IMG/VR virus record: IMGVR_UViG_3300045988_060255
Source of the DNA: a virus
DNA: 64,000 nt
Strand: one strand, 5' to 3'
Part shown: positions 43,676 to 51,064 of the stretch, piece by piece
Layout of the letters: each line of letters starts with the position of its first letter
How positions within the stretch are numbered: the first letter of the stretch is position 1
Position numbers and translations under genes: made by a program
The notes under the pieces: model-generated
Told to the model about the DNA's origin: nothing
What the model saw: the letters and a program-made list of their open reading frames with translations, nothing else
Database searches by the model: none

Positions 43676-43835
43676 TTTTTTCTCTTTCCTCCCTGTGCTT
43701 CATCTGGCATTCAATCATCTTCGCTATATTCTCACGTTCCTGTTTTATTCCATGTCCCTGACGGAACAACTTACATTCGAGGATATTTCCGCATCTGGAA
43801 CACTCGTCTTTAATTTCTTTTCCTGCTATTTGCAT
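43668..43835 (-). CDS. Cys-containing small protein (55 aa)
   Basis: MQIAGKEIKDECSRCGNILECKLF... Overlaps both neighbours. Below the track cutoff. Confidence 0.5.
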   Translation of the reverse strand: MQIAGKEIKDECSRCGNILECKLFRQGHGIKQERENIAKMIECQMKHREEREKND

Positions 43836-44125
43836 TTCTTCTCCCTTGTTGGGCGGATAATTAATCCATAATATTGTCCACGATCAAAATAATCTGTTGC
43901 TGTTTCGATACAGCGTGTTCTTAATTGTTTGTAAGCGTTTTTATAAAATTTCAAATCAGACATTATTTTGTTAATTGATTCATAGTCTAGGTTCTCCCAG
44001 CATTCGCAGCCATCATTAAAGAATCTAAAGTCTGCACAATGTTCACTGTCGCCATTACAGCAGGCGCCTTCGCATACTGCGTATCATTTACACGTGCAAC
44101 AACATTTACATCCTTTTGTGTCCAT
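43826..44125 (-). pseudogene. Cys-rich protein ORF (99 codons) with in-frame TGA at codon 14 (44084-44086)
   Basis: AAGGAG RBS 9 nt before ATG 44125. MDTKGCKCCCTCK-TGA-YAVCEGACCNGDSEHCADFRFFNDGCECWENLDYES...KKCK*. Confidence 0.55.
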
Positions 44126-44215
44126 AAACACCATCTCCTTAATTAAAAAAGTCCAGTGTGCCGACTTGAACGGCATAAATCTCCCAACGAGAAACACTGG
44201 AACCGAACGAAGTAA

Positions 44216-44250
44216 GAGAAAAAGATTCCAATGATTGCAGTTCATTGGAA
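44216..44250 (-). terminator. intrinsic terminator after tRNA-Thr
   Basis: Minus strand TTCCAATGA-N7-TCATTGGAA followed by TCTTTTTC. Confidence 0.75.
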
Positions 44251-44322
44251 TCGGAAAGGCAGGAATCGAACCTGCGGCACATAGCTTACAATGCCATTGC
44301 TCTACCACTGAGCTACATTCCG
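44251..44322 (-). tRNA. tRNA-Thr(UGU)
   Basis: Hand-folded. Acceptor CGGAATG/CTTTCCG (1 mismatch), D arm GCTC-AGTGGTA-GAGC, anticodon loop AUUGUAA, T arm GCAGG-TTCGATT-CCTGC. No encoded CCA. Confidence 0.85.
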
Positions 44323-44613
44323 TACCGCCTGTAACGGCCAGTTCTCCGAAAAGGAACTGGGTTGATTTCCACATCACATGCTTTCGGACCAGATGAAAAT
44401 ATCCAGATAAGCATTAACCTTTCCATCGTAAAACGCATGAACTAGATGGTTCTTTTAGAATTGCCGACTATCACTTCTCACGGCCCGTGGTCTCATCTCT
44501 CTAAAAAGTTTTTTACGCAAACGCCTAGTGAGTTGTACGTTTACGCTCATGCGTAAACCCACCTGAGACATAGACTACTTGTATATAAACAGCTTAACTC
44601 TAAGCGGATTAAA

Positions 44614-44682
44614 GCGGAACGCCCGGAATCGAACCGGAGACCAGAGCGCGACTCTGTCAGTTTTCCACTAGCGTACATTCCA
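44614..44682 (-). ncRNA. tRNA-like RNA with canonical acceptor and T arms but aberrant D and anticodon regions
   Basis: Acceptor TGGAATG/CGTTCCG, T arm TCCGG-TTCGATT-CCGGG. The centre folds as CAGAG-TCGCG-CTCTG (5-nt loop) rather than a 7-nt anticodon loop. Confidence 0.6.
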
Positions 44683-45012
44683 CATAACCCGGAAACCCCG
44701 GGTTAGCAATATGTTTATCGTGTTATGCTTTCCACTAGGCTGTTTTATGCCGTGCCAGCCCCACGGAGTTATTTCGGATTTGGATATTCATGTCATTGTG
44801 GATAACGACGAAACCTTTTATATGCCTCTTGAAAACTTCCTGTCCTCAACGTGCACCTATTGACGACAATTTAACTCAGAGACTGTGCCGAACGGGGAAT
44901 TATCTTCATTGAACAGGCTGTGCCGTTACACACCTTTCATAAAAATAATCCACATACACTCATTCAGCAGTTTTTTCTGTCCATAAAACGGATAGACAGC
45001 ATATGGAAGAAA

Positions 45013-45085
45013 TGGAAACTACAGGACTCGAACCTGTGACTTGTCGGTTATGAGCCGACCGTTCTGCCAACTGAACTAAGTTTCC
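45013..45085 (-). tRNA. tRNA-Met(CAU), elongator-type (or Ile2 if lysidinylated)
   Basis: GGAAACT-TA-GTTC-AGTTGGCA-GAAC-G-GTCGG-CTCATAA-CCGAC-AAGTC-ACAGG-TTCGAGT-CCTGT-AGTTTCC-A. Confidence 0.9.
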
Positions 45086-45287
45086 TAAGCAGAGGGTTAT
45101 TGCAGTTCAAGAGTAACTTCCTCTGCTGTTGCGATTCTTGCCCTCGCAGTCGCAACAAAGGGTCTAAATGCTGTTCTACATAAGTAGAGTCCATCCGGGG
45201 CATTTGAAGCCCCTTTAATCATCCCCGTTGGGATAGATGGAACCAATTCGGAGGGGAACTATATCATGGCTAAACAATATAGTCCGA

Positions 45288-45359
45288 CTGGGCTAGCGGG
45301 ATTCGAACCCGCGAATACAGCAGTCAAAGTGCTGTGCCTTACCACTTGGCGATAGCCCA
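45288..45359 (-). tRNA. tRNA-Gln(UUG)
   Basis: TGGGCTA...CAGCA-CTTTGAC-TGCTG...GCGGG-TTCGAAT-CCCGC-TAGCCCA-G. The U1-A72 pair is typical of bacterial tRNA-Gln. Confidence 0.9.
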
Positions 45360-45649
45360 TTATTTGTCCGGGATTTTACCCGGACTCGTGATAGAGTGAT
45401 ATATTTTATAAAATTTTAGAAAGCATCATGTCTATATTTGTATCGTTAAGTCCGCGCCAGTTACTTTGGGAAATTGTATTTCACTGACGCAGACCTAAGC
45501 TACTCTGGATGCCTCGACCTGTCAGATTCAAAGGCTTTCCCTAACCTGAGAACGACAGGCTTCTGCTTTTCTTGTATTTTCACCCGTTCAATCAGTATGG
45601 TGAACAGGGGAATTTGTATTGTGAACGCTAACCACATTGGGTTCTCCTC

Positions 45650-46162
45650 TTATTCTGCAAAAATCCAATCCTCTGCTAACATATCTGCCTGAGTTGCAAG
45701 CCATCCCATCTGTACGCCAGATGTTCCGACAAAAGCAATGGCTTTATTTCCGATTGCATCGTGTTCGCAATTTATAATCTCATTATCAGCAGTCTTATAT
45801 GAAATTCCAGTGGCGAGCTGAATGTACTGTTTCTTTCCGTTCCAACCTTTTCTTGCCACTTTAAGTCCGCGCTTCATGTACTTAATTGCATCCCCGAAAG
45901 AGAATGTTGCTTCACCGCCGAGTACCTGGCAGTTTGTTTCGTCCGCAATAATCCATTCATCAGACTGCATATTCATAGTTGTATATTCCACCATCTGCGT
46001 CTCACGAATATCAAGTAATTCTCCTTTTTCACCGTTATCCTGTGGGCGGCACTGAATCATAATTGTTTCTTTTTCTGCATCCCAATACCAATATCCGCCC
46101 CATGATGGAAACTTTACCTTGGCTCCCTGTTTCATAAGTTTGAATGCTTCTGAAAATTTCAT
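45650..46162 (-). CDS. tandem DUF2829 (Tad2-like) protein (170 aa)
   Basis: Two halves: FSEAFKLMKQGAKVKFPSWGG...SDEWIIADE and FSFGDAIKYMKRGLKVARKGWNGKKQYIQL...GWLATQADMLAEDWIFAE. Confidence 0.75.
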   Translation of the reverse strand: MKFSEAFKLMKQGAKVKFPSWGGYWYWDAEKETIMIQCRPQDNGEKGELLDIRETQMVEYTTMNMQSDEWIIADETNCQVLGGEATFSFGDAIKYMKRGLKVARKGWNGKKQYIQLATGISYKTADNEIINCEHDAIGNKAIAFVGTSGVQMGWLATQADMLAEDWIFAE

Positions 46163-46177
46163 TACTTGTGTCCTCCT

Positions 46178-46354
46178 TTATAATCTAAAAATCACAACTG
46201 CATTAACTGCAAAACAAATTTCCATCAATATAAATACTGCCGTCGCTATTGGATTGCCTTTCTTTTCGGTTTCGTCCTGTGATATAAGAAATGCTAAAAA
46301 CAATGTAAAAAATGCAATATCCAACATGACTGCTACAAATTTTGCAAGAATCAT
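46178..46354 (-). CDS. small membrane protein (58 aa)
   Basis: ATGA overlap. MILAKFVAVMLDIAFFTLFLAFLIS...AVFILMEICFAVNAVVIF. Confidence 0.5.
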   Translation of the reverse strand: MILAKFVAVMLDIAFFTLFLAFLISQDETEKKGNPIATAVFILMEICFAVNAVVIFRL

Positions 46355-46731
46355 TCTTTCTGTTCCTCTCCGATCATAAAATCAAGAATCTTACCGGCGG
46401 TTTCGTCTTCTGGCTCGAATGGTAAACCACAGGTGCAATACTTCTCAATCGCTGTTTTAAGGCTTGCTTTGAAACCATTGTAAACTTCTCCATGTGTAAG
46501 AAGTTCGTGCCTTAAAATAGCTACTGCATCGGTTAGTTTCTGTTTTGAAAGGTCAATCTTCACATCTCCATTCAGGCTTTCATACGCCGTCGCGTTGTCC
46601 AAAAGAACTTCGACTTTATTTGCTTTAAATATCACGTATCCTTGAATTTTTTCCGGGTCTGGTTTTTCTCTTGTGAAAATTGCTGTTTTATCTATTACAT
46701 ATGCGTAATATACTGGGTCAATACTGTTCAT
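46351..46731 (-). CDS. hypothetical protein (126 aa)
   Basis: Track ORF. Confidence 0.6.
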   Translation of the reverse strand: MNSIDPVYYAYVIDKTAIFTREKPDPEKIQGYVIFKANKVEVLLDNATAYESLNGDVKIDLSKQKLTDAVAILRHELLTHGEVYNGFKASLKTAIEKYCTCGLPFEPEDETAGKILDFMIGEEQKE

Positions 46732-47038
46732 TCTTCAAGTCCTCCATTTCCTTTACGCTGATTCCGACTATCCCTGCGCTATCTTTGCTGTCTGTAGCTT
46801 TGAAGTGTGCTTTAGGATGCTGCGGGTACATAAACTCGAACATGAGGTAATTTGCTGCATCCACGAGATATTCTGTGTTTCCGGTGGAATTATATTTCTC
46901 AATACACCGTTCCATAGACGGGAGTGCCTGCACGTTCCCGGTTTTAAAATTCTTCCTGGCAGGACCGTATTTATGATAGCTTACCTCGACTCGATTCTTA
47001 CGAAGTTCATCAAAGCGTTCACTTTATTCTTTTGACAT
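46718..47038 (-). pseudogene. conserved-looking phage protein ORF (106 codons) with in-frame TAA at codon 5 (47024-47026)
   Basis: AAGAGG RBS, then MSKE-TAA-SERFDELRKNRVEVSYHKYGPARKNFKTGNVQALPSMERCIEKYNSTGNTEYLVDAANYLMFEF... The track only found the GTG-started 3' part. Confidence 0.6.
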
Positions 47039-47087
47039 ATAAAAACCTCTTTTTTATTTTTTGAGAAAAATTGAGTCGGCGTTTTGC

Positions 47088-47237
47088 CTATCTCCTTCGG
47101 AAATATTGTTCCAATGCTTCTCTGGTGATCTGCGATACGCTTTTGCCGGTTCGGTTCTTTTCGGCTACGAGCTTTCGTTCTAGCTGTCCTGTGAGCCGGA
47201 TTCGGATTGATTCACCTTGAGAGTTATTCTTTTTCAT
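47088..47237 (-). CDS. ribbon-helix-helix (CopG/Arc-like) protein (49 aa)
   Basis: MKKNNSQGESIRIRLTGQLERKLVAEKNRTGKSVSQITREALEQYF. Overlaps the upstream stop. Confidence 0.55.
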   Translation of the reverse strand: MKKNNSQGESIRIRLTGQLERKLVAEKNRTGKSVSQITREALEQYFRRR

Positions 47238-47436
47238 AGGCAGTGTCCATCTTTACTGAAAGAATTGGTTTGTCACCAGTTTTTGCAAGAAGCGTAATAC
47301 CTTCGCCCTCTTTCCGAGATGATGTAGCTATCTGAATATTGGAAACACCAGTTTCGCTACAAATACTCAGTAACTGCCTGGCAATGTCCATTAGTCCAGA
47401 CCGAAGATATCCATCATTGTTTACTATTTTTTCCAT
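47224..47436 (-). CDS. hypothetical protein (70 aa)
   Basis: Track ORF. Confidence 0.6.
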   Translation of the reverse strand: MEKIVNNDGYLRSGLMDIARQLLSICSETGVSNIQIATSSRKEGEGITLLAKTGDKPILSVKMDTAYEKE

Positions 47437-47955
47437 CTTGTACCTGCCTTTCTGATATCGCCTTATTTATTTGGCAGAGAAACGGTTAAGGCTTACCGCT
47501 TGTCGTGTTGCAATCACTATCTCTGCCGTGGGGAACTCTTTTTTTGTTTTTTTGGAATTTTTAAGCCTTGCTGTTAGAAGAGGCTTTTTTAATTTTTCGG
47601 GAACTCGGGGTACTCACTCGGCGTGTGTTGGGACTTATATACACCCCCTCCCCGGTATCCATGCCGGACGCTACCAGGGAAGCCCGCCGCCCCATGGGTT
47701 CCCGCTTCCCTGGTTTAGCGCTGACCTTTAATGGCCTGCGGCAGTGGTCAAGGAAGAAATATATAGCAGATAATTGTCGGAATATTACATCTATAAGAAA
47801 AACAACAGTTTTTTATATAGATTAATGTACATATTACACAATTTGAAGACTTATGTTTGTATACATTGCACAGTTTCTACTAATTTGCCTTGTTTTCGTG
47901 CCGTTTGTCCGTGAGTCCTGCACATTTTCGGGCTCTTGATACGTCCTATCTTGCC

Positions 47956-48537
47956 TCACTCTCCTGTCAGCAAACCACCAAACTCTTCTTTGATCTGTTC
48001 CAGGCTCTCCCGTGGTTTATCCTGCCGCTGGTTTGCCTGTACTGGTGCCGTCTCTGCCATGCCGTCAACAGCTTTACAAAGGAATATGCCACCAACGTTC
48101 CCGGAAGCTGCGCTTTTATATCGTCCGAGTGCGCATTCATCTTGCCATTTTTTAATCGTGTCGGAGCGTGAGAGGTTTAGCTTTTCACAATAGTCATCAG
48201 CTCTGCACTCTCCTTTCGCCCATGAATAAATTGTGTCTCTGTGAATGCCAATCAATAATGCGTATTCTTCTATCGTAGGCTTTTGATTATATTTATATAC
48301 TAACTCTGTATAAGCTTCCCATATCTCATTAAGTACTGTTATGCTCTCAAGTATATCTCTGTTAAATCCAACATGTTTATTTATATACTTAATCATACCT
48401 GTAAATTGATTACTATTTGGCTTATGTATTTCTTCTTGGTCATACAGTGAATCAGCATATTCATCAGCATAATAATTAATCGTACTAGTGTATACTTCTA
48501 TTCCCTGTTCTGTTACTATTGTATTACTCTTTTTCAC
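47956..48537 (-). CDS. terS: terminase small subunit (putative)
   Basis: GTG 48537 with GGAGGTG RBS. HTH-like IEEYALLIGIHRDTIYSWAKG, then ...SGNVGGIFLCKAVDGM typical of small terminases. Confidence 0.6.
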   Translation of the reverse strand: MKKSNTIVTEQGIEVYTSTINYYADEYADSLYDQEEIHKPNSNQFTGMIKYINKHVGFNRDILESITVLNEIWEAYTELVYKYNQKPTIEEYALLIGIHRDTIYSWAKGECRADDYCEKLNLSRSDTIKKWQDECALGRYKSAASGNVGGIFLCKAVDGMAETAPVQANQRQDKPRESLEQIKEEFGGLLTGE

Positions 48538-49086
48538 TGTATCACCTCCAAAAATTGAAATAAAAAAAGACGACAAAAACACGTTCGCAGATACAATCTG
48601 GGACCTTTCTAAATCCCTTTCTTCTTTCCGATCTGCTCGGTTTTAATCGTCTTAAATAGTCTTATTATTCTTATTGCCTTTCGGCTTATTCAATTGTTAA
48701 TTCTGTTTTATCATACTTTTATATTACTTGTCAACAGTCTATTTAATTTTATTTTTACCGTTACATTACTCTTATTAACTCTATATATCTATACGGTACT
48801 GTATAGTATGTATATTAATAAACTCTAGGTCTTTAGAAGAATCTTGGAGGGGATTATAAATACAGTTATTATATATTTATACACCTTGTAATACGGTCGT
48901 TTTCCGGCGTATAACGCACAAAAAGCCAGACCTTCCGGCACCTTGTCCGGCGTGATCTGGCTGCTAAATTCTTATTCTTTTCGCGCTCTGGCTGTCGCTC
49001 CCCTCCTGAGTTCCGTCGCCTGTCGTTGATTTTATTTTATCCACATCGGTTTTAAAAATCAAGTCCCAAAATAAAAAAATTTTTGC

Positions 49087-49115
49087 TTGACAACTTCGAC
49101 AGTTTTATGATAAAT
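49087..49115 (+). promoter_or_regulatory. promoter TTGACA-17-ATAAAT
   Basis: Read directly. No ORF/RBS follows. Confidence 0.6.
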
Positions 49116-49121
49116 GTATTT

Positions 49122-49218
49122 TAACAACTTCGGCGGCGGGGTTGTTCCCCTCACTCATTACGCCGCCAGAATAAGACAGCAAAAGCCCCCGGGATTATCT
49201 CTCAGGGGCTTATTTTGT
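49122..49218 (+). ncRNA. candidate ~97-nt sRNA (promoter-hairpins-terminator unit)
   Basis: Stem GGCGGCG(49132-38)/CGCCGCC(49161-67) enclosing GGGG-ttgtt-CCCC. Terminator AAGCCCC-N15-GGGGCTT followed by ATTTTGTGTCTTT. Confidence 0.45.
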
Positions 49219-49318
49219 GTCTTTCCAAAATGGAAATATTAAAATTTGCACTTATTCAGTACTATTTCAAATTTACATTCAATTACCTCAGTAATTGTTG
49301 CCTAAATAATACTATAGA

Positions 49319-50008
49319 TCAGATGAAAAAGCAAGGATTGTTTAAATTATCACAATCTGCAATTACTTTCATTCCTCTGTCTAAATATTTCACCGGAATG
49401 TCATTAAATCTTCGTTTTCCATTTTTGATCACGTAGTCTTTGTGAATTGTGTAAACTGTTCCGGGTGTTTCTGCCGTAGCCGGTGCATAAGTGCACATAT
49501 CAAGCGTCATTTCCTGCGCTGGCAAAACGTCAACAACCTGCACGTCGTCAATTCTTATCAAGTCCTCATGTCGTCCCAGGCTTGGGAATGTCCGCGGGTT
49601 CAGAATCTTTCTACAGATCACATCAACTTCTTCCTGATTTTCCGGCATAACATGCAATCTCAGGTCCAGATCAGACACAACGCTTTCATAAATCGGCGTA
49701 TTGACCCAGCCCACAAAAGAATCCCCAGATTTTACCCTGACTGGAAAACGCTGCTTAAACTCCTCTGTCTCTGATCCTGCGACAGCTCCGCCGCGCCACC
49801 TCATGCAGATTTCTGGCTTGTTCATGACTCCGTTTCCGGCTACGGATATTTCCATATCATGCCAGCTATCCCACCGACAAAGAAAATGGACCATACCGGC
49901 AATTGTAGAAAAAGGCGGGAGCGGGTATGTTTCGCCCCGCTTGCCATTCCATCCCGGTATTGAAAACCGGACGGTATCCATATGTCCTTGTATCATTACT
50001 GCTTTCAT
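49319..50008 (-). CDS. orphan Cas5-like (RAMP) protein, 229 aa
   Basis: N-terminal ...TVRFSIPGWNGKRGETYPLPPFSTIAGMVHFL and C-terminal ...FPSLGRHEDLIRIDDV match the remembered Cas5 (type I-B/I-C) signature. No other cas genes or array in the window. Confidence 0.6.
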   Translation of the reverse strand: MKAVMIQGHMDTVRFSIPGWNGKRGETYPLPPFSTIAGMVHFLCRWDSWHDMEISVAGNGVMNKPEICMRWRGGAVAGSETEEFKQRFPVRVKSGDSFVGWVNTPIYESVVSDLDLRLHVMPENQEEVDVICRKILNPRTFPSLGRHEDLIRIDDVQVVDVLPAQEMTLDMCTYAPATAETPGTVYTIHKDYVIKNGKRRFNDIPVKYLDRGMKVIADCDNLNNPCFFI

Positions 50009-50199
50009 GCGTTCATTTCCTTGTCTGCTCGGAATCCTTCAAGAATATCGCCATACAGACTTTCTGGTATTTCTTCCTCCATCAACGGCTGTCTTTCTTC
50101 AAGTTCTGCGTCAAGGCTTGCGTCGATGTCTGCAAGCGCCTGCTCTCTGCCGAATCCCATTGCTACAACTTCATTTAATAAATCAATTGTTTTCTTCAT
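50005..50199 (-). CDS. acidic small protein (64 aa)
   Basis: Track ORF. ATGA-coupled to the Cas5-like gene. Strongly acidic C-terminal half. Confidence 0.6.
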   Translation of the reverse strand: MKKTIDLLNEVVAMGFGREQALADIDASLDAELEERQPLMEEEIPESLYGDILEGFRADKEMNA

Positions 50200-50219
50200 C
50201 TTCTTTTTCCTCCATTTTC

Positions 50220-50423
50220 TTAAATTTCTTCTGTGTAGGAAATTCTAAGAGTATTGTCCTCAACTTCCCAGAAATAATTTTTACTGTCATATTTTTCGAG
50301 GTTTCTAAACTCCTCGATTTCTCCACTTGTCAGTGTCATTTCTACGGTCACCGGTTCGGTTCCCATCTTCCCGGTTTTCATTGCTTCTTTCTCAATTGCT
50401 TGATCAATTTTTCTTTCTAGCAT
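50220..50423 (-). CDS. hypothetical protein (67 aa)
   Basis: Track ORF. Confidence 0.6.
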   Translation of the reverse strand: MLERKIDQAIEKEAMKTGKMGTEPVTVEMTLTSGEIEEFRNLEKYDSKNYFWEVEDNTLRISYTEEI

Positions 50424-50435
50424 CTTTTTTCCTCC

Positions 50436-50639
50436 TTATGCCCGAGCATATGAAATAAAATTCTGCTCGGCGGTTTCGTCAACAAGTTCCGCCGGGATTC
50501 TCACCCAGTTCTCACCCAGAGAATTTATAAAATCCTCTTTCTGAGCTTCTGTGCCGCACAGCCAAGCTGCTGTAACTTTGGCACATCCGAAACTTTCGGA
50601 ATTATTCCGCGCCACCTGTTTTAATTCAAATTCTTTCAT
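50436..50639 (-). CDS. hypothetical protein (67 aa)
   Basis: AGGAGGAG RBS before ATG 50639 (MKEFELKQVARNN...). Confidence 0.6.
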   Translation of the reverse strand: MKEFELKQVARNNSESFGCAKVTAAWLCGTEAQKEDFINSLGENWVRIPAELVDETAEQNFISYARA

Positions 50640-50649
50640 TTTTCTCCTC

Positions 50650-50880
50650 CTAGTTAATCCCGGTAACTTTAACACGGGTTTGTAAAATATCTTCCGCAGC
50701 TTCCAGAATCTCGAAATCAACAATGTACTCCTCACCGTTCTGGTATACGGCGATTGCTCCGGACTCCAAAAGTTCCTCGCCGTCCCCGTTTCCATCCCAG
50801 AGCTGACCGAAGAAATATTCTTTACCAGCTTCAATTGTGTCCTCGGAACAGAGGACATATGACAATGTGTTTAATTTCAT
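50650..50880 (-). CDS. hypothetical protein (76 aa; possible longer form from ATG 50964)
   Basis: AAGGAGAAA RBS before ATG 50880 (MKLNTLSYVLCSED...). Confidence 0.55.
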   Translation of the reverse strand: MKLNTLSYVLCSEDTIEAGKEYFFGQLWDGNGDGEELLESGAIAVYQNGEEYIVDFEILEAAEDILQTRVKVTGIN

Positions 50881-51064
50881 GTTTATTTTCTCCTTGACTT
50901 TTCCCCTGCGCTGACATATAATTTCGATATCAGCAATTTTTATTGTTGTTTCCCGGTGTTCCATGATTTCACTGGGAGTCGTCCCGATCAACGGCGAGAC
51001 GTTGAGTTGAAATATGTTAAAATAAGATTGTAAGGTCTTATCAAGCGGGGCGTAACTGTTTTAG

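Noticed and set aside
44084-44377. Track ORF of 97 aa spanning 44084..44377.
   Set aside because: It runs through tRNA-Thr and its terminator. Only its last 13 codons (from ATG 44125, which has an RBS) belong to a real gene.
47471-48193. Plus-strand ORFs 47471..47731, 47568..47825, 47890..48171 and 47936..48193.
   Set aside because: They have no RBS. Two lie in the GC-rich structured noncoding segment and two are antisense to terS. Their Pro/Arg/Gly-rich translations are typical of GC-rich non-coding sequence.
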